Shown here piece by piece: positions 38,455-50,044 of a stretch of DNA of 62,187 nt. The position numbers were made by a program, and so were the translations under genes. The first letter of the stretch is position 1. Each line of letters begins with the position of its first letter. Source of the DNA: Chiloscyllium plagiosum (taxonomy: Eukaryota); contig NC_057760.1 in assembly GCF_004010195.1 (NCBI RefSeq), forward strand, positions 3,933,899-3,996,085, read 5' to 3'. The notes under the pieces are model-generated. The model was not told where the DNA came from and ran no database searches. It was given only the letters and a program-made list of their open reading frames with translations.

Positions 38455-38667
38455 CAGTAGCCTGCCGCACACACAGGGGGTATGTTCCAAGACCTATTGT
38501 GGAAGGCCGAAACCGCGGATAGTTGTGAACCCATTCATTTAAATGGGAAATTTACCTTCCCGCAACCCCCTGTCTCTGGAACGTTCCCTGTAATATGTTC
38601 AGGCAACGGTAAGCCGCAGGTAACTGAAACTGCAGGAACTAGACCTGTGGATACGGCAGTCATGTAA
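38455..38667. mobile_element. degraded Tigger-like MITE
   Basis: ggggtatgttccaagacc..gaaaccgcggatag and gtaactgaaactgc..gtggatacgg resemble Tigger-type subterminal motifs from recall. TIRs are poorly preserved. Confidence 0.45.
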
Positions 38668-41115
38668 TCGTCTATGGTATTTTGTTTGGCTATGTTTTGC
38701 TATTACTTCATAGTACTAGTTGTTGACAGCTGAAACAATGTTGGGTACAACTGATTCCCTGCAGAAGCAGCTTCCAACCAATCAGTGTTCAATGTACCAG
38801 CCTCCACCATTTAAATCATCTCCAGCATGAAACTTTAAGTATTACTCACTTTTCAAAAACAATTCTGGAAAGACTTCTGCAGACTGTAAAGTTGCAAATG
38901 TAACTCCATTACTTGAGATGAGAGGGAGAGGGAGAATGAAAAACTACAGACCTAATGATTCAATATCTGTCAAAGGGAAAATATTAGATTCTAGTATAAA
39001 GGATATGATAATAGAACATTTAGACAAAGAAAAGGCAACACTGGACACAGTCAGCATTGATTTATAAAAGGGAAATCATGTTTGATGAACTGGAGATTTT
39101 TGAGAATGTTACTTGTAGTGTAGACAAAGGTGAAACATTGGTATGGTATATTTCATTTTCCAAATTTTGGAAAATGACAATAACCACAAAACTGGGACTG
39201 AATAAATTGTTGGAATTGCTAACTAACAAGTCCCTCATCCTCAGGTCTTGCAAAAAGAAGTTTGTGAGATAGTTGACACATTAGCTTTCATTTTCCACAC
39301 CTCTCTACATTCATGGCAAGTCCCATTAGATTGGAAGGTGGCAAGTGTAATGCCTTGAGAATCCCAGAGGAAGAAAGTAGAAAATTACAGATGAGTCAAC
39401 TTAAAATATGTCTTAGGGAAAATGTTAGAAGCTGTTATGGAAAAATGTTACAGCACGACAGTTTGGAAGGATATTTAAGGAATCAGGCAGAGTCAGCATG
39501 ACTTTGTGGAGAGTAAATCATGTTTAACCAATCTATTGGAGTCTTTGAGGACAAAGGGAAATCAGTGGTTATTTTGTACATGTGTTTCCAGAAAGCATTT
39601 GATAAAGGCTTTTGTGGAAAAGAAAAGCTCATGGGTTAGGAGATTAATATATTGGCATGAATAGAAAACTGGCTGGCAAACAGGAAGCAGAGAGATTGGC
39701 AAGATGTAATAACTGGCCACATAGAACAGTGTTGGGACCTCAACGGTTTACTCTATGTGACTTGGGTGAAGATGATCTCCCACCGTGATGTGGGCTTTGC
39801 CTCTCGTCGGGTATCTGTGTCTGATGCAGCAATGCTTATGTTTGCTCCCATAAGATCTGGATAATATGGTACTTAAAAAGAAAAACATAGGTTTATTACA
39901 ATTCCTGATAGATACGTATATTACAGTCACTGGACACTTCAGTATTTGAGCTAATATTCAAGTAGGCAATTACCAACAATAACATGCTTTCATCAGTTCA
40001 CCATGCCCCATTTAAGATGGAGCAAAGACTTTCACACCTTCAGGTCACATGGTATAGATTATGCAAGTAAATGTGTGGCTCAAAGATTGGTGTGGGAGAA
40101 ATGGGTTTGAATTCATGGGACATTGGCACTAGTACTGGGGAAGAAGGGACCTGTTCTGATGGGATGGCCTTCATCTGAGTTGTGCTGGGACCAGAATTCT
40201 AGCAAATTGCATAACTAGGGCTATATACGCCGGAGGGCGGCGGTGGTGGGGAGGGGGAAATCAGTTCGAGGGAAAATTAAAAAACCCAAATTCAAGAAGG
40301 AGCTGAGACTGCAAGTTCATGATGTGGCAGATGGTTATCAGACAATAAAGGTGAGGGACTGAACACCTTTCAGTGACAGAACAGGTGAACATCTTTATGC
40401 ACCAAGGATTTATAAAAAGTTGGGAAATTTACCAGTGGAACAAATTTAAAAGCCTCGTATCTCAATGCAACAAGTATTCAAAACAAAGGGGATTAATTAA
40501 CTAAATCATACAGATAGATGTAAACAGGGATGATATGATTGGGATTACAGAGACATGATTGCAGGGTGACCAGAGATGGAAACTGAATGTCCCAGGGTAT
40601 TCAGTATTTAGGAAAAACAGGCAAAAAGGAAAAGCTGGTGGAGTGGCTTTGCTGGTTAAAGACAAAATTAACACAATAGTGACAGAGGATATCAGCTCTG
40701 ACAATATGCAGTCTGTATGGATTGAGTTGAGAAATACCAAGGGGCAAGAAACATGATCAGGTGTCATATACAGGCCAAACTGCGGTGGTGATGTTGGGGA
40801 TGGCATTGAACAGGATATTACAGGTGCATGTGATTAGGGAATATCTGTGGTCATGGGTGATTTTAATCTGCACATAGATTAGGAAAATCAAATTAGCTAC
40901 AATGACAAAGAGGAGAAATTCCTGGAGTGTATACAGGATGATTTTCTTGGAGGGCCCAACTGGGGAGAAGGTCATCTTAGGCTGGATACTGTGTAGTGAA
41001 CAGGGAATCATTGCCAATCTAGCTGTGCGAGACCCCTTGGGGATGAGCCACCATAACATGATAGAATTTTTTTTATCAAGATGGAGAGTGAGATAGTTGA
41101 TTTGGAGACTAGGGT

Positions 41116-41275
41116 AGAAATAGAAAGCAGACTACACCACCAGTGCTTAATTAGGAGGCTCACTGAAGATGCTTCCTAGTATGGTGACGAAACATCTGAA
41201 AAGGAACTTTCCAGCTCAGCGAGCAAACCTATATCCAGAACCACAACCTGAGCTACAAATCTTTTCAAAACTCAC
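41116..41275 (+). mobile_element. hammerhead-bearing mini-element (family B) with 13-bp TSD
   Basis: ca-CTGAAGA-tgcttcctagtatggtgac-GAAA-ca-TC-tg. TSD TGGAGACTAGGGT at 41103-41115 and 41276-41288. Confidence 0.75.
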
Positions 41276-42095
41276 TGGAGACTAGGGTGCTAAATCTTAA
41301 AAAAGGAATCTATGAAGATATGAGGCATGAGATGGCCTTGATATACTGGTGAGAGTTACTTAAAAGGGATGACAGTTGATAGGCAAAGGCAAACATTCAA
41401 GGAACGCAATAGGGGAGCTGCAACAACTGTTGATTCCTGTCCGACACAAAAGCAAAATGGGTAAGAGGGCTAATCCATGGATTACAAAGTAAATTAGTAC
41501 CCGATCCAAGGAAGTAGTACATAGATTGGCCAGCAAAAATAATAGGTCTGAGGATTGGGAGCAATTTAGAATTCAAAAAGGACAAAGGATTGATTAAGAA
41601 GGGGAAAATGCAGTACAAAAATAAACTTGCAATGAACATAGAGACTGACACGAAGAGTTCTTTATAGGTACGTGAAGAGAAAGTTATTAGTGAAGACAAA
41701 TATAGGTCCTCTAAAGACATACGGGGGTATGTATAACAGGGGTCAAAGAAATGACTGAGCAACTGAATACATCCTTTGGTCCTGTCTTCACAAAAGAGGA
41801 CAAATCAGATACCAGAAGTGTTGGAGAATGCAAGGTTTATTGAGAAAGAAGAACTGAGGCAGATCAATATCAGTAGAAAAATGGTGCTGGGAAAATTGAG
41901 GAGATTAAAGGCAGATAAATCCACAAGGCCTGATAACCTACATCACATAATAACTTAAAAAGTTCCTCCACAATTAGTGGATGCATCTTTCAGGATTCTA
42001 GAGACTCTGGAAGAGTCCCTACAGATTGGAGGGTAGCTAACGTTACTCCAATATTTAAAAAGGGAGGTAGGAAGAAACCAAGGAATTATAGACCT

Positions 42096-42276
42096 AGGCT
42101 ATAAGTTTGCTCGCTGAGCTGGCAGATTTGTTTTCAGATGTTTCATCACCATGCTAGGTAACATCATCAGTATTACGTAGCATGGTGATGAAATGTCCGA
42201 AAACAAACCTGCCAGCTCAGCGAGCAAACTTACAACCTGAACCTCAATCTGAGCTACAAATCTTCTCAAAAATCAC
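42096..42276. mobile_element. palindromic hammerhead-bearing mini-element (family B) with 12-bp TSD
   Basis: Arms aagtttgctcgctgagctggcag and ctgccagctcagcgagcaaactt. TSD AATTATAGACCT at 42084-42095 and 42277-42288. Confidence 0.85.
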
Positions 42277-43205
42277 AATTATAGACCTGTAAGCCTAACA
42301 GTGGTAATGGGGAAAATTCGTGAATCTGTTATCAAGGACTTTACAGTGGAGCATTTAGAAGGTAGTGGCAGAATCTGATAGTCAGCATGGATTGATGATG
42401 GGGAAATCATGCTTGATAAATCTGTTGGAATTCTATGAAGATATAACTCGTAGAGTTGACAAGGGGGAGCCAGTCAGTGTGATATATTTGGACTTTCAGA
42501 AAGCATTTAACAAAATCCTGCCTAAGAGATTGCGAGATTGGGGAAATTATATTGAGATGGATAGGAAACTGATTGGCAGAGAGGAAACAAAGAATAGGAA
42601 TTAATGGGTCCTTTTCAAATTGGCAGGCAGCAACGAGTGGGGTGCCACAGGGATTGGTGCTCGGACCCCAGCTATTCACAACATGTATTAATGATTTGGA
42701 TGAGGGAACAAAACGTAATATCTCAAAGTTTGCAGGGGGATAATACCAAATTGGTTGGGAGGGTGAATTGTGACGAGGAGGGCAGAGGTCCTTCAGCAAT
42801 GATCTGGACAAGTTGGATAAGTGGGCAAATCAGTGGCAGAAGCAGTATAATTTGGGTAAGCGTAAGCTTATTCACTTTGGAAGCAAAAACAAGGCAGCAG
42901 ATTACTACCTGAATGGCTGGACATTGGGAGAGGGGAAGTGTGCAGAAGGACCTCGGTGTATTTGTGCACCAGTTGCTGAAGGCAAGCATGTATGTGTAGC
43001 AGGCAGTAAAGAAAGGAAATGGTAGTTTGGCTTTCGTTGCGAGACGTTTCAAGTCCAAGAGCAGGGATGTCTTGTTGCAGTTACATAGGATCTTGGTGAG
43101 GGTACATCTAGAATGTGTGTGCAGTTTTGGTCTCCTTTTCTAAGGAAGGACACTCTTATACTTGAGGGAGTACAGGACAGGTTTACCAGGCTGATTCTGG
43201 GGATG

Positions 43206-43295
43206 AAAATGTGTTGCTGGAAAAGCGCAGCAGGTCAGGCAGCATCCAAGGAACAGGAGAATCGACGTTTCGGGCATAAGCCCTTCTTCAGGAAT
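43206..43295 (-). mobile_element. single-arm family A mini-element with intact hammerhead core
   Basis: Minus strand of 43264-43291 reads CTGAAGA-A-GGGC-TTAT-GCCC-GAAA-CG-TC. Confidence 0.8.
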
Positions 43296-45059
43296 GGCAG
43301 GATTGACATATTAGGAGTGATTGCCGCAGTTAGGACTGTTTTTGCTGGAGTTCAGATGAGTGAAGGGGAATCTCATAGAGACTTACAAATTTCTAAAGGG
43401 ACTAGAAAGGGTAGATGCAGGAGGATGGTGGGTGGGTCCAGAACCAGGGGTCACAGTCTAAGGATTCAGGGTGGACCAGTTAGGACGGAGGAGACATTTC
43501 TTTACCCAAAGAGCGGTGAGCCTGTGGAATTCATTAACACAGGAAGTACTGAACGTATTCAAGAAGCGACTAGATATAGCACTTGGGTCAAAAGGGATCA
43601 AAGGTTATGGGGAGAAAGCAGGATTAGGCAACTGAATTGGACAATGATTGTGATTAATGTCGGAGCAAATTCGAAAGGCCAAATGGCCTCCTCCTACTCC
43701 TATCTTCTATGTTTCTATGCCATTATGAGCATGTCTCAAAGGTATACTTCAAACTAGTTGTGAGACATTCAACAGAACATATCAAAGGTATGGCTTGCAA
43801 ATCTACAGATGATACAAAGACAGGGAGGAAAATAAAATATGAAGAGGACAAAAGGAGACTACAGAGAGAGAGAGAGATAAATAGACAACTATTAGATGAG
43901 TGAGGAAATATCTGCTAAATGGAGTATAATGCAGAAAATTCCAAATAATCCAATTTGGCAGTAAGAATACAAAAGACGTTATATCTGAATGATTAGAGAT
44001 TGCAGAGCTCCAAGACATGGAGTGGCCTGGGTGTCCTTGTGTGTGAATCACAGAAGTTGAGGATGCAGGTACAGCAAATAATTAGGAAAGCTAACAGAAC
44101 GGTATCATTGATTGCGAGGGACACTGAAGGCAAATCTATACAGACTGTTCTTCAATTGTACAGGGCACTGGTGAATCAAATCTTGAGTGCAGTAGACACA
44201 ATTAGTCACCTTACTTCACAATGTAAACACATTTGCTGCAGTTCAGAGAAGGATCATTGGATTAATAGAAACAGAGAAGATAGGACTAGCTGTAGGCCAT
44301 TCGGCTCTTTGAACCTGCTCTACCATTCAATACAGTCATGGCTGATCATCTAATTCTGTATCTTGTTCCCACTTGCTCCCATACTCTTTGATTCCTTTAG
44401 CCCCAAGAATTATGTCAAAGTCCTTATTGAAAATATTCAATGCTTTGGTCTCAACTGCTTTCTCTGACAGAGAATTTTACAGGCTCACACTCTGAATGAA
44501 GAAGAACTTTCTCTTAATCTCATACATACTTGGCCTACCCTGTACCTTTGAACTGTGACCCTGGAATGGGTGGGTAAGCTTATGAAGAACGAGTGGACAG
44601 GTTAAGTTAGGTTTGTACCTACTACAGTCTAGAAGAGGAAGAGAGGACTTGATTGAGACATACAAGATCCTGAGAGATCTTGATAAGTTGGATGTGGACA
44701 ACTGAGAGGACTGAGGTCTTTGAAACTCTGCTTCTACTTGTGAGGGTGAGCTGGGTAGGTCGAAGTCACTAAGGTGCCGGAGAAGGTCAGTTTGGATGAT
44801 GTAGCTCACCCTCTAGAGACAGCTTCCAGAAAAAGTAATAACTGTTGCATTGTTCCTTCACTTGGTCTTGTCGTGCATGCTGCGTCTCAGTTAGGGTGAC
44901 AAGTGTAACACTGAAGCACCCAAATTTCCAAATTATGATAGTGGTGCAGTGCTCAGGTCTGTATCTATTAAGTTTCTCCTGGAGTGTCCAGATGTTCCAC
45001 AACCGTGACTTCACACTGATGTGGAAGACAACCTTTTAAATAAAACCTGTGCTGGTTGT

Positions 45060-45610
45060 TAAGAACAAAGAAAATTTACAGTCCAGGGACAGGCCCTTCA
45101 GACCTCCAAGCCTAAGCCAATCAAAATGTACTGTCTAAACCGGTCGGTCAATTCCTAAGCATCTGTATCCCTCTACTCCCCACCTACTTATGCATTTATC
45201 CAAACGCATCTTAAATGAATTTACCGTGCCTGCCTCTACCGGCAATGTGTTCCAAATGCCCACCACCCTCTGTGTGAAGTACTTGCCACGTGTATCCCCC
45301 TTAAACTTTCCATCTCTCACCTTGAAAGTGTGACCTCTCGTTATTGAATCCTTCACCCTGGGAAAAAAGCTCGTCTCTATCCACCCTGTCTATACACTTC
45401 ATGATTTTGTAAACCTCAATCAGGTCCCTCCCTCAATCTCCTTTTCCTAATTAAAATAAACCTAACCTACTCAACCTTCCTTCATAGCTAACACCTCTAT
45501 ACCAGGCAACATCCTCGTAAACCTTCTCTCCAAAGCATCCACATCCTTTTGGTAATGTGGCGATCAGAACTGTACACAGTATTCTAAATGCTGCTGAACC
45601 AATGTCTTGT
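45060..45610 (-). mobile_element. CR1 3' end
   Basis: TRGHTFKV..FTQRVVGIWNTLP; tail reads aagaacaaagaa on the plus strand. Confidence 0.85.
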
Positions 45611-47104
45611 TGAATGGTGTCAATTTCCCAGAGTCGACAGAGCAAAGCTTTGATTGATTGGCAAAGGTATTCCAAGATGACTGCAGGTCAGACTTTGTTG
45701 TTAAAAGTGAGCACAGGCTGCGTACAATCATAATTCTGCAGCCCTACAAACCAATTCTGGACAAATCCTGAATCTCCGCGCTCTCATAAAGTACTCCATC
45801 AGTGCGCCACTAATACTTCTCTTCAAACATCTTCTGGAGTTCACTCTCTAGACCAGTTTGTTGATGCTCCATGCCGACTTCCGCCCTTAAACATTAATAT
45901 TACTCTACCACTAAAACTCTGACCCCATAGCATAGGTATATTGCACTACCCACTCTCTGCAGGATTGCTGTTTTTTACAGGAACCAGTCACATTACCCCT
46001 TTCTCTCATTTACATTCATCACCTGGTGACCAGTAACCATTCTATCTCCTGAATTCTGCCAAGTAGGCCACACCAGCTTTGAGACACTCGATCCAAAAAC
46101 TTGGAGACAAAAAGTCAGCCTGAACTGCTCCAGCCTGTTTCAGTTGAGAACGTTTTGCATGTGGCTGTTATTAACTCTTGACTTGGCCACCTCTGATCAG
46201 AGGTAACCAAACCAAGCAGAACTCATTGTCAGACAGAATTTGGAACAAATCACCACAAGCCTTCTCACGACTCAATCAAATTCATATTGGTGTCAGATTT
46301 GACATCCAGGTAGGTTTCTAGCTACACATCTGTGAAATCACTATGATCTATTACAACCTCTGTAACAACTACGTGGCTTCACCTTGATTTCAGCTCTTCT
46401 GTCACTGAAGTGGTCATCCAAATCTCTTATCTCGACAAACGAATATTCCAACCCAGCAGTGGCTCAGTTCATACATTGTATTACTTGTATTCTTGAGGTT
46501 ATTGAAGACTTCTAATTCACATCATTTAGTTGACCTATCAGTGCTTGCTGACGTACATTACTAAATAGTTAAGTAACACTTTGATTTTAAAATTCACAAC
46601 CTTGCTTTCAAAGGTCCACCCATCCCTCTCCATCTCCTCCAGTCTCAAAACCTTGCAAGATAGTGAACCAATTTCATTTTGCCTTCAATGTCCTGAATTT
46701 TCATGGCCAGTGGAGCATAGTGCCCCAAGCTCGAGAAGCCTTCTGAAGCCTTTCTCCCTTTTCTCCTTTATTACACGGATGTCTTTGACCAGGCTTTTGG
46801 CCATCAACTGTAATATTGACTTCTGTGGTTTGGTGCTATAACATTGCTATGAATTACCTAGGAATCATGTGTTCATAGAGTTTTTTCAACACGACACGTC
46901 CATGCTGCAACATTAATTACAGCACTTGGCTTTTTTTGATTTGAGAAAACACTTGAGCCACAGAAGTAACAATGCAAAGCTGTATTCTATCTAAACTCAC
47001 TCAGTCAATTATTTTTACTCTCCACACGGCCATTCATGTAGGTTTATGAAGCAATAATCCACAGTGCTCCTTTATCAATATAGAGGTTGCATAAATCCTC
47101 TCAG

Positions 47105-48045
47105 CAGAGTGGCAGAATATCCAAGTTTGCTGATGACACTAAATTGAGTGGAAAGGCAAACTGTGCAGAGGAAGTGGAGGGTCTGCAGAGAGATTTAGAT
47201 AGGTTAAAAGAGTGGGCAAGAGTCTGGCAGATGGAATACAATGTTGGTAAATGTGAGGTTATTCACTTTGTAAGTAAAAATAATAGGTCAGAGCATTATT
47301 TAAAGAGGTGAAAGATTGCAGCATGCTATTGTGCAGAAAGACTTAGGAGTGCTTGTACATGAATCGCTAAAAGTTGATTTGCAGGTGTGATGGGTAATCA
47401 GGAAGGCAAACGGAATATTGGCTTTCACTGTCATAGGATTGAATTTAAGAGCAGGGAGGTTCTGCTGCAATTGTACAAGGTGTTGGTGAGGCCACACTTA
47501 GAGTATTGTGCGCAATTCTGGTCTCCTTCCTTGAAGGAGGATATACTGGCTTTGGAAGTGGTGCAGAGGAAGTTCGCTAGATTGATTCCGGAAATGAGGG
47601 GGTTATCCTATGAGGGGAGGTTGAGTCTCCTGGGACTGTACTCTCTAGAATTTAGATAAATGACAGGGGATCTTATAGAAACATATAAAATTATGAAAGG
47701 GATAGATAAGATATAGATAGACAAGTTGTTTCTGCTGGCGAAACCAGAACTAGGGGACATGGCCTCAAGATTATAGGGTAATAGATTTAGGACAAAGATG
47801 AGGAGGAATTGTTTTTTCCAGAGACGAGTGAATCGATGGAACTCTCTGCCCAAGGAAGCAGTAGAGGCAGCCTCATTAAATATATTCAAGACACAGTTGG
47901 ATGGGTTTTTGCATGGTAGGGAATTAAGGGTTATGGGGATAATGCAGATAGGAGGAGCTGAGATGATGGATAGATCAGCCATGATCTTAATGAATGGTAG
48001 AGCAAGCTCAATGGGCAAAATGGCCTACTCCTGCTTCTATTACTT
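47105..48045 (+). mobile_element. CR1 3' portion
   Basis: [43 protein letters not shown] closely similar 3' piece lies at about 60405-60685. Confidence 0.88.
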
Positions 48046-48122
48046 TGAAATTTTGAATAGAGTGTCTTGACAGTGCATGTAAAAACATTTTCAGGTTCAA
48101 ACAAGTAACTTGAAGTACTAAC

Positions 48123-48143
48123 CTGTGTTCTGGAGACTGACAC
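48123..48143 (-). CDS. smad10: 21-nt microexon (G)VSLQNT(A), equivalent to the SMAD4 NES exon
   Basis: Strong acceptor ttctctatttttctgttctgcag|GTGTCAGTCTCCAGAACACAG|gttagt. Phase 1-1, joining SPGI-G-VSLQNT-A-PPTRLVKDE in frame. Not in the ORF track. Confidence 0.85.
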
Positions 48144-48936
48144 CTGCAGAACAGAAAAATAGAGAATTTTTAGTGTCTACTGGAGTCTGGAGGAAGAGAA
48201 AGCAGCAGAGAGAGAAAGGACAGTTCATACCTCCTGGCACCCATTATTTGTGGCCAACTACAAAGCAATACTGCTTTCACCATGCCATAAGGCATGCAAT
48301 GGCTTCACTCTGCAACTAGTCAGATGCTCCATATGTTCCTGAGATGCAATTCTGAAAGATAGCAGCTGACTGGGATTTTCATCCCAGTATTTCCCTGTAC
48401 ACAGTTCAAAGCCATCCCTGCTGTCCTCTGAAAATGTTTTTTTTTGGGGGGGGGGGGGGGGGAAGAGATGTAACACCAGATTTATCTCAGCCATCATAAT
48501 CTCTGCTCTTCTCCTTACAGTTCCTATTTCCTCTGAAACATGGGGCTTTTAACTAGTCACTTCACTAATTGCTGTTCTGCTCTTTCACATATAGAAACTA
48601 CCAACATTTCCCTTTAGGGGTCTGGCTAATTTCAATGCTTTCACTGTGATTGTTCGTGTGTCCATTTGACAGGTTTGCTACAATAAATACTCCATGAATT
48701 CAACCTTGAAACAATTGTAATAAATCCAACGCTTCGCCTGGGCAACTCCAAAATCCTTTTTTTGGGGTCTAGCATCACGCATTTCTGAAGAGGCAATCTC
48801 CTCAGTTACACAATTTCTTGCTAAATCAATATCTACGCTGTGGTTGGCCCCTCATCAACTCGAATGTTTCCCACTTCTTCATTCATCGATTTTTTTCAGT
48901 GACGAGTCCTCAACACCTCGGACAATCATTACATCT

Positions 48937-49172
48937 TCAAAGTTTGTGAGAAGATTTGTAGCTCGGGTGCTCGCTGTTGTGGTTCTGTTTGCCGAGCTGG
49001 GAATTTGTGTTGCAGATGTTTCGTCCACTGTCTAGGTGACATCCTCAGTGCTTGGGAGCCTCCTGTGAAGCGCTTCTGTGATGTTTCCTCCGGCATTTAT
49101 AGTGGTACCAGTGGTCTGCAACACAAATCCCCAGCTCGGCGAACAGAACCACAACAACGAGCACCCGAGCTA
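48937..49172. mobile_element. palindromic hammerhead-bearing mini-element (family B-related) with 10-bp TSD
   Basis: Arms tgtagctcgggtgctcg..ttgcaga and tctgcaac..cgagcacccgagctaca. TSD CATTACATCT at 48927-48936 and 49173-49182. Confidence 0.8.
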
Positions 49173-49407
49173 CATTACATCTAGCTCAATCTCTTAGACA
49201 CTAAAAGCTATGAATTTAGCTTCCTCGGTTTATCTTGTGCCTATAAAATTCGAGCTTTAACACCTACTTCTTGATGTATAGCCTTCTCACCTAATTTCCC
49301 AGAATGCGGAATACTTAAGAATGTGACTTCAGTATAATGACAGCAGTGTATGCCCAAGTACTTCTCCTTTCCCATGCAGAAACTGACTGGCACCATCACA
49401 CAAAGTT

Positions 49408-49721
49408 TTAGATTAGATTCCCTACAGTGTGGAAACAGGCCCTTCGGCCCAAGCAGTTCACACTGACCCTCCGAAGAGTAACCCACCCAGACCCATTTCC
49501 CTCTGACTAATGCACCTAACATTATGGGCAGTTTAGCATGGCCAATTCACCTGACCTGCACATCTTTGGATTGTGGGAGGAAACCGGAGCACGTGGAGGA
49601 AACCCACGCAGACACGGGGAGAATGTGCAAACTCCACATAGACAGTCGTCCAAGGCTGGAATCAAAACTGGGAAACTGGTGCTGAGGCAGCAATGCTAAC
49701 CACTGAGCCATCGTGCCGCCC
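49408..49721 (-). mobile_element. full-length HE1-like V-SINE
   Basis: Minus strand starts GGGCGGCACGATGGCTCAGTGGTTAGCA (Pol III A box), then a degenerate B box, the V-core, and a CR1-type tail ending in AATCT repeats. Confidence 0.9.
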
Positions 49722-49816
49722 TTATGGAATGGGAACAAATAGGTGCAAGGTTAACAACTTTAAATTATTGCGCTTTTCTGCTCTTTGTGAATTCTGTTAA
49801 AGCTAATAACACTTCA

Positions 49817-50044
<228 letters not shown>

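Larger units (their letters stand above)
40055..43720 (+). mobile_element. CR1 LINE with three nested mini-elements
   Basis: WKLNVPGYSVFRKNR..GGVALLV, GKSCLINLLEF..YLDFQKAF, VQFWSPFLRKD; tail ttctatgtttctatg. Confidence 0.85.

Noticed and set aside
43113..43757. 214-aa ORF as a novel protein
   Set aside because: Chimeric read-through of a CR1 remnant and a mini-element.
49650..49721. tRNA gene
   Set aside because: The tRNA-like A/B boxes are the head of a SINE and continue into the V-core and LINE-type tail.
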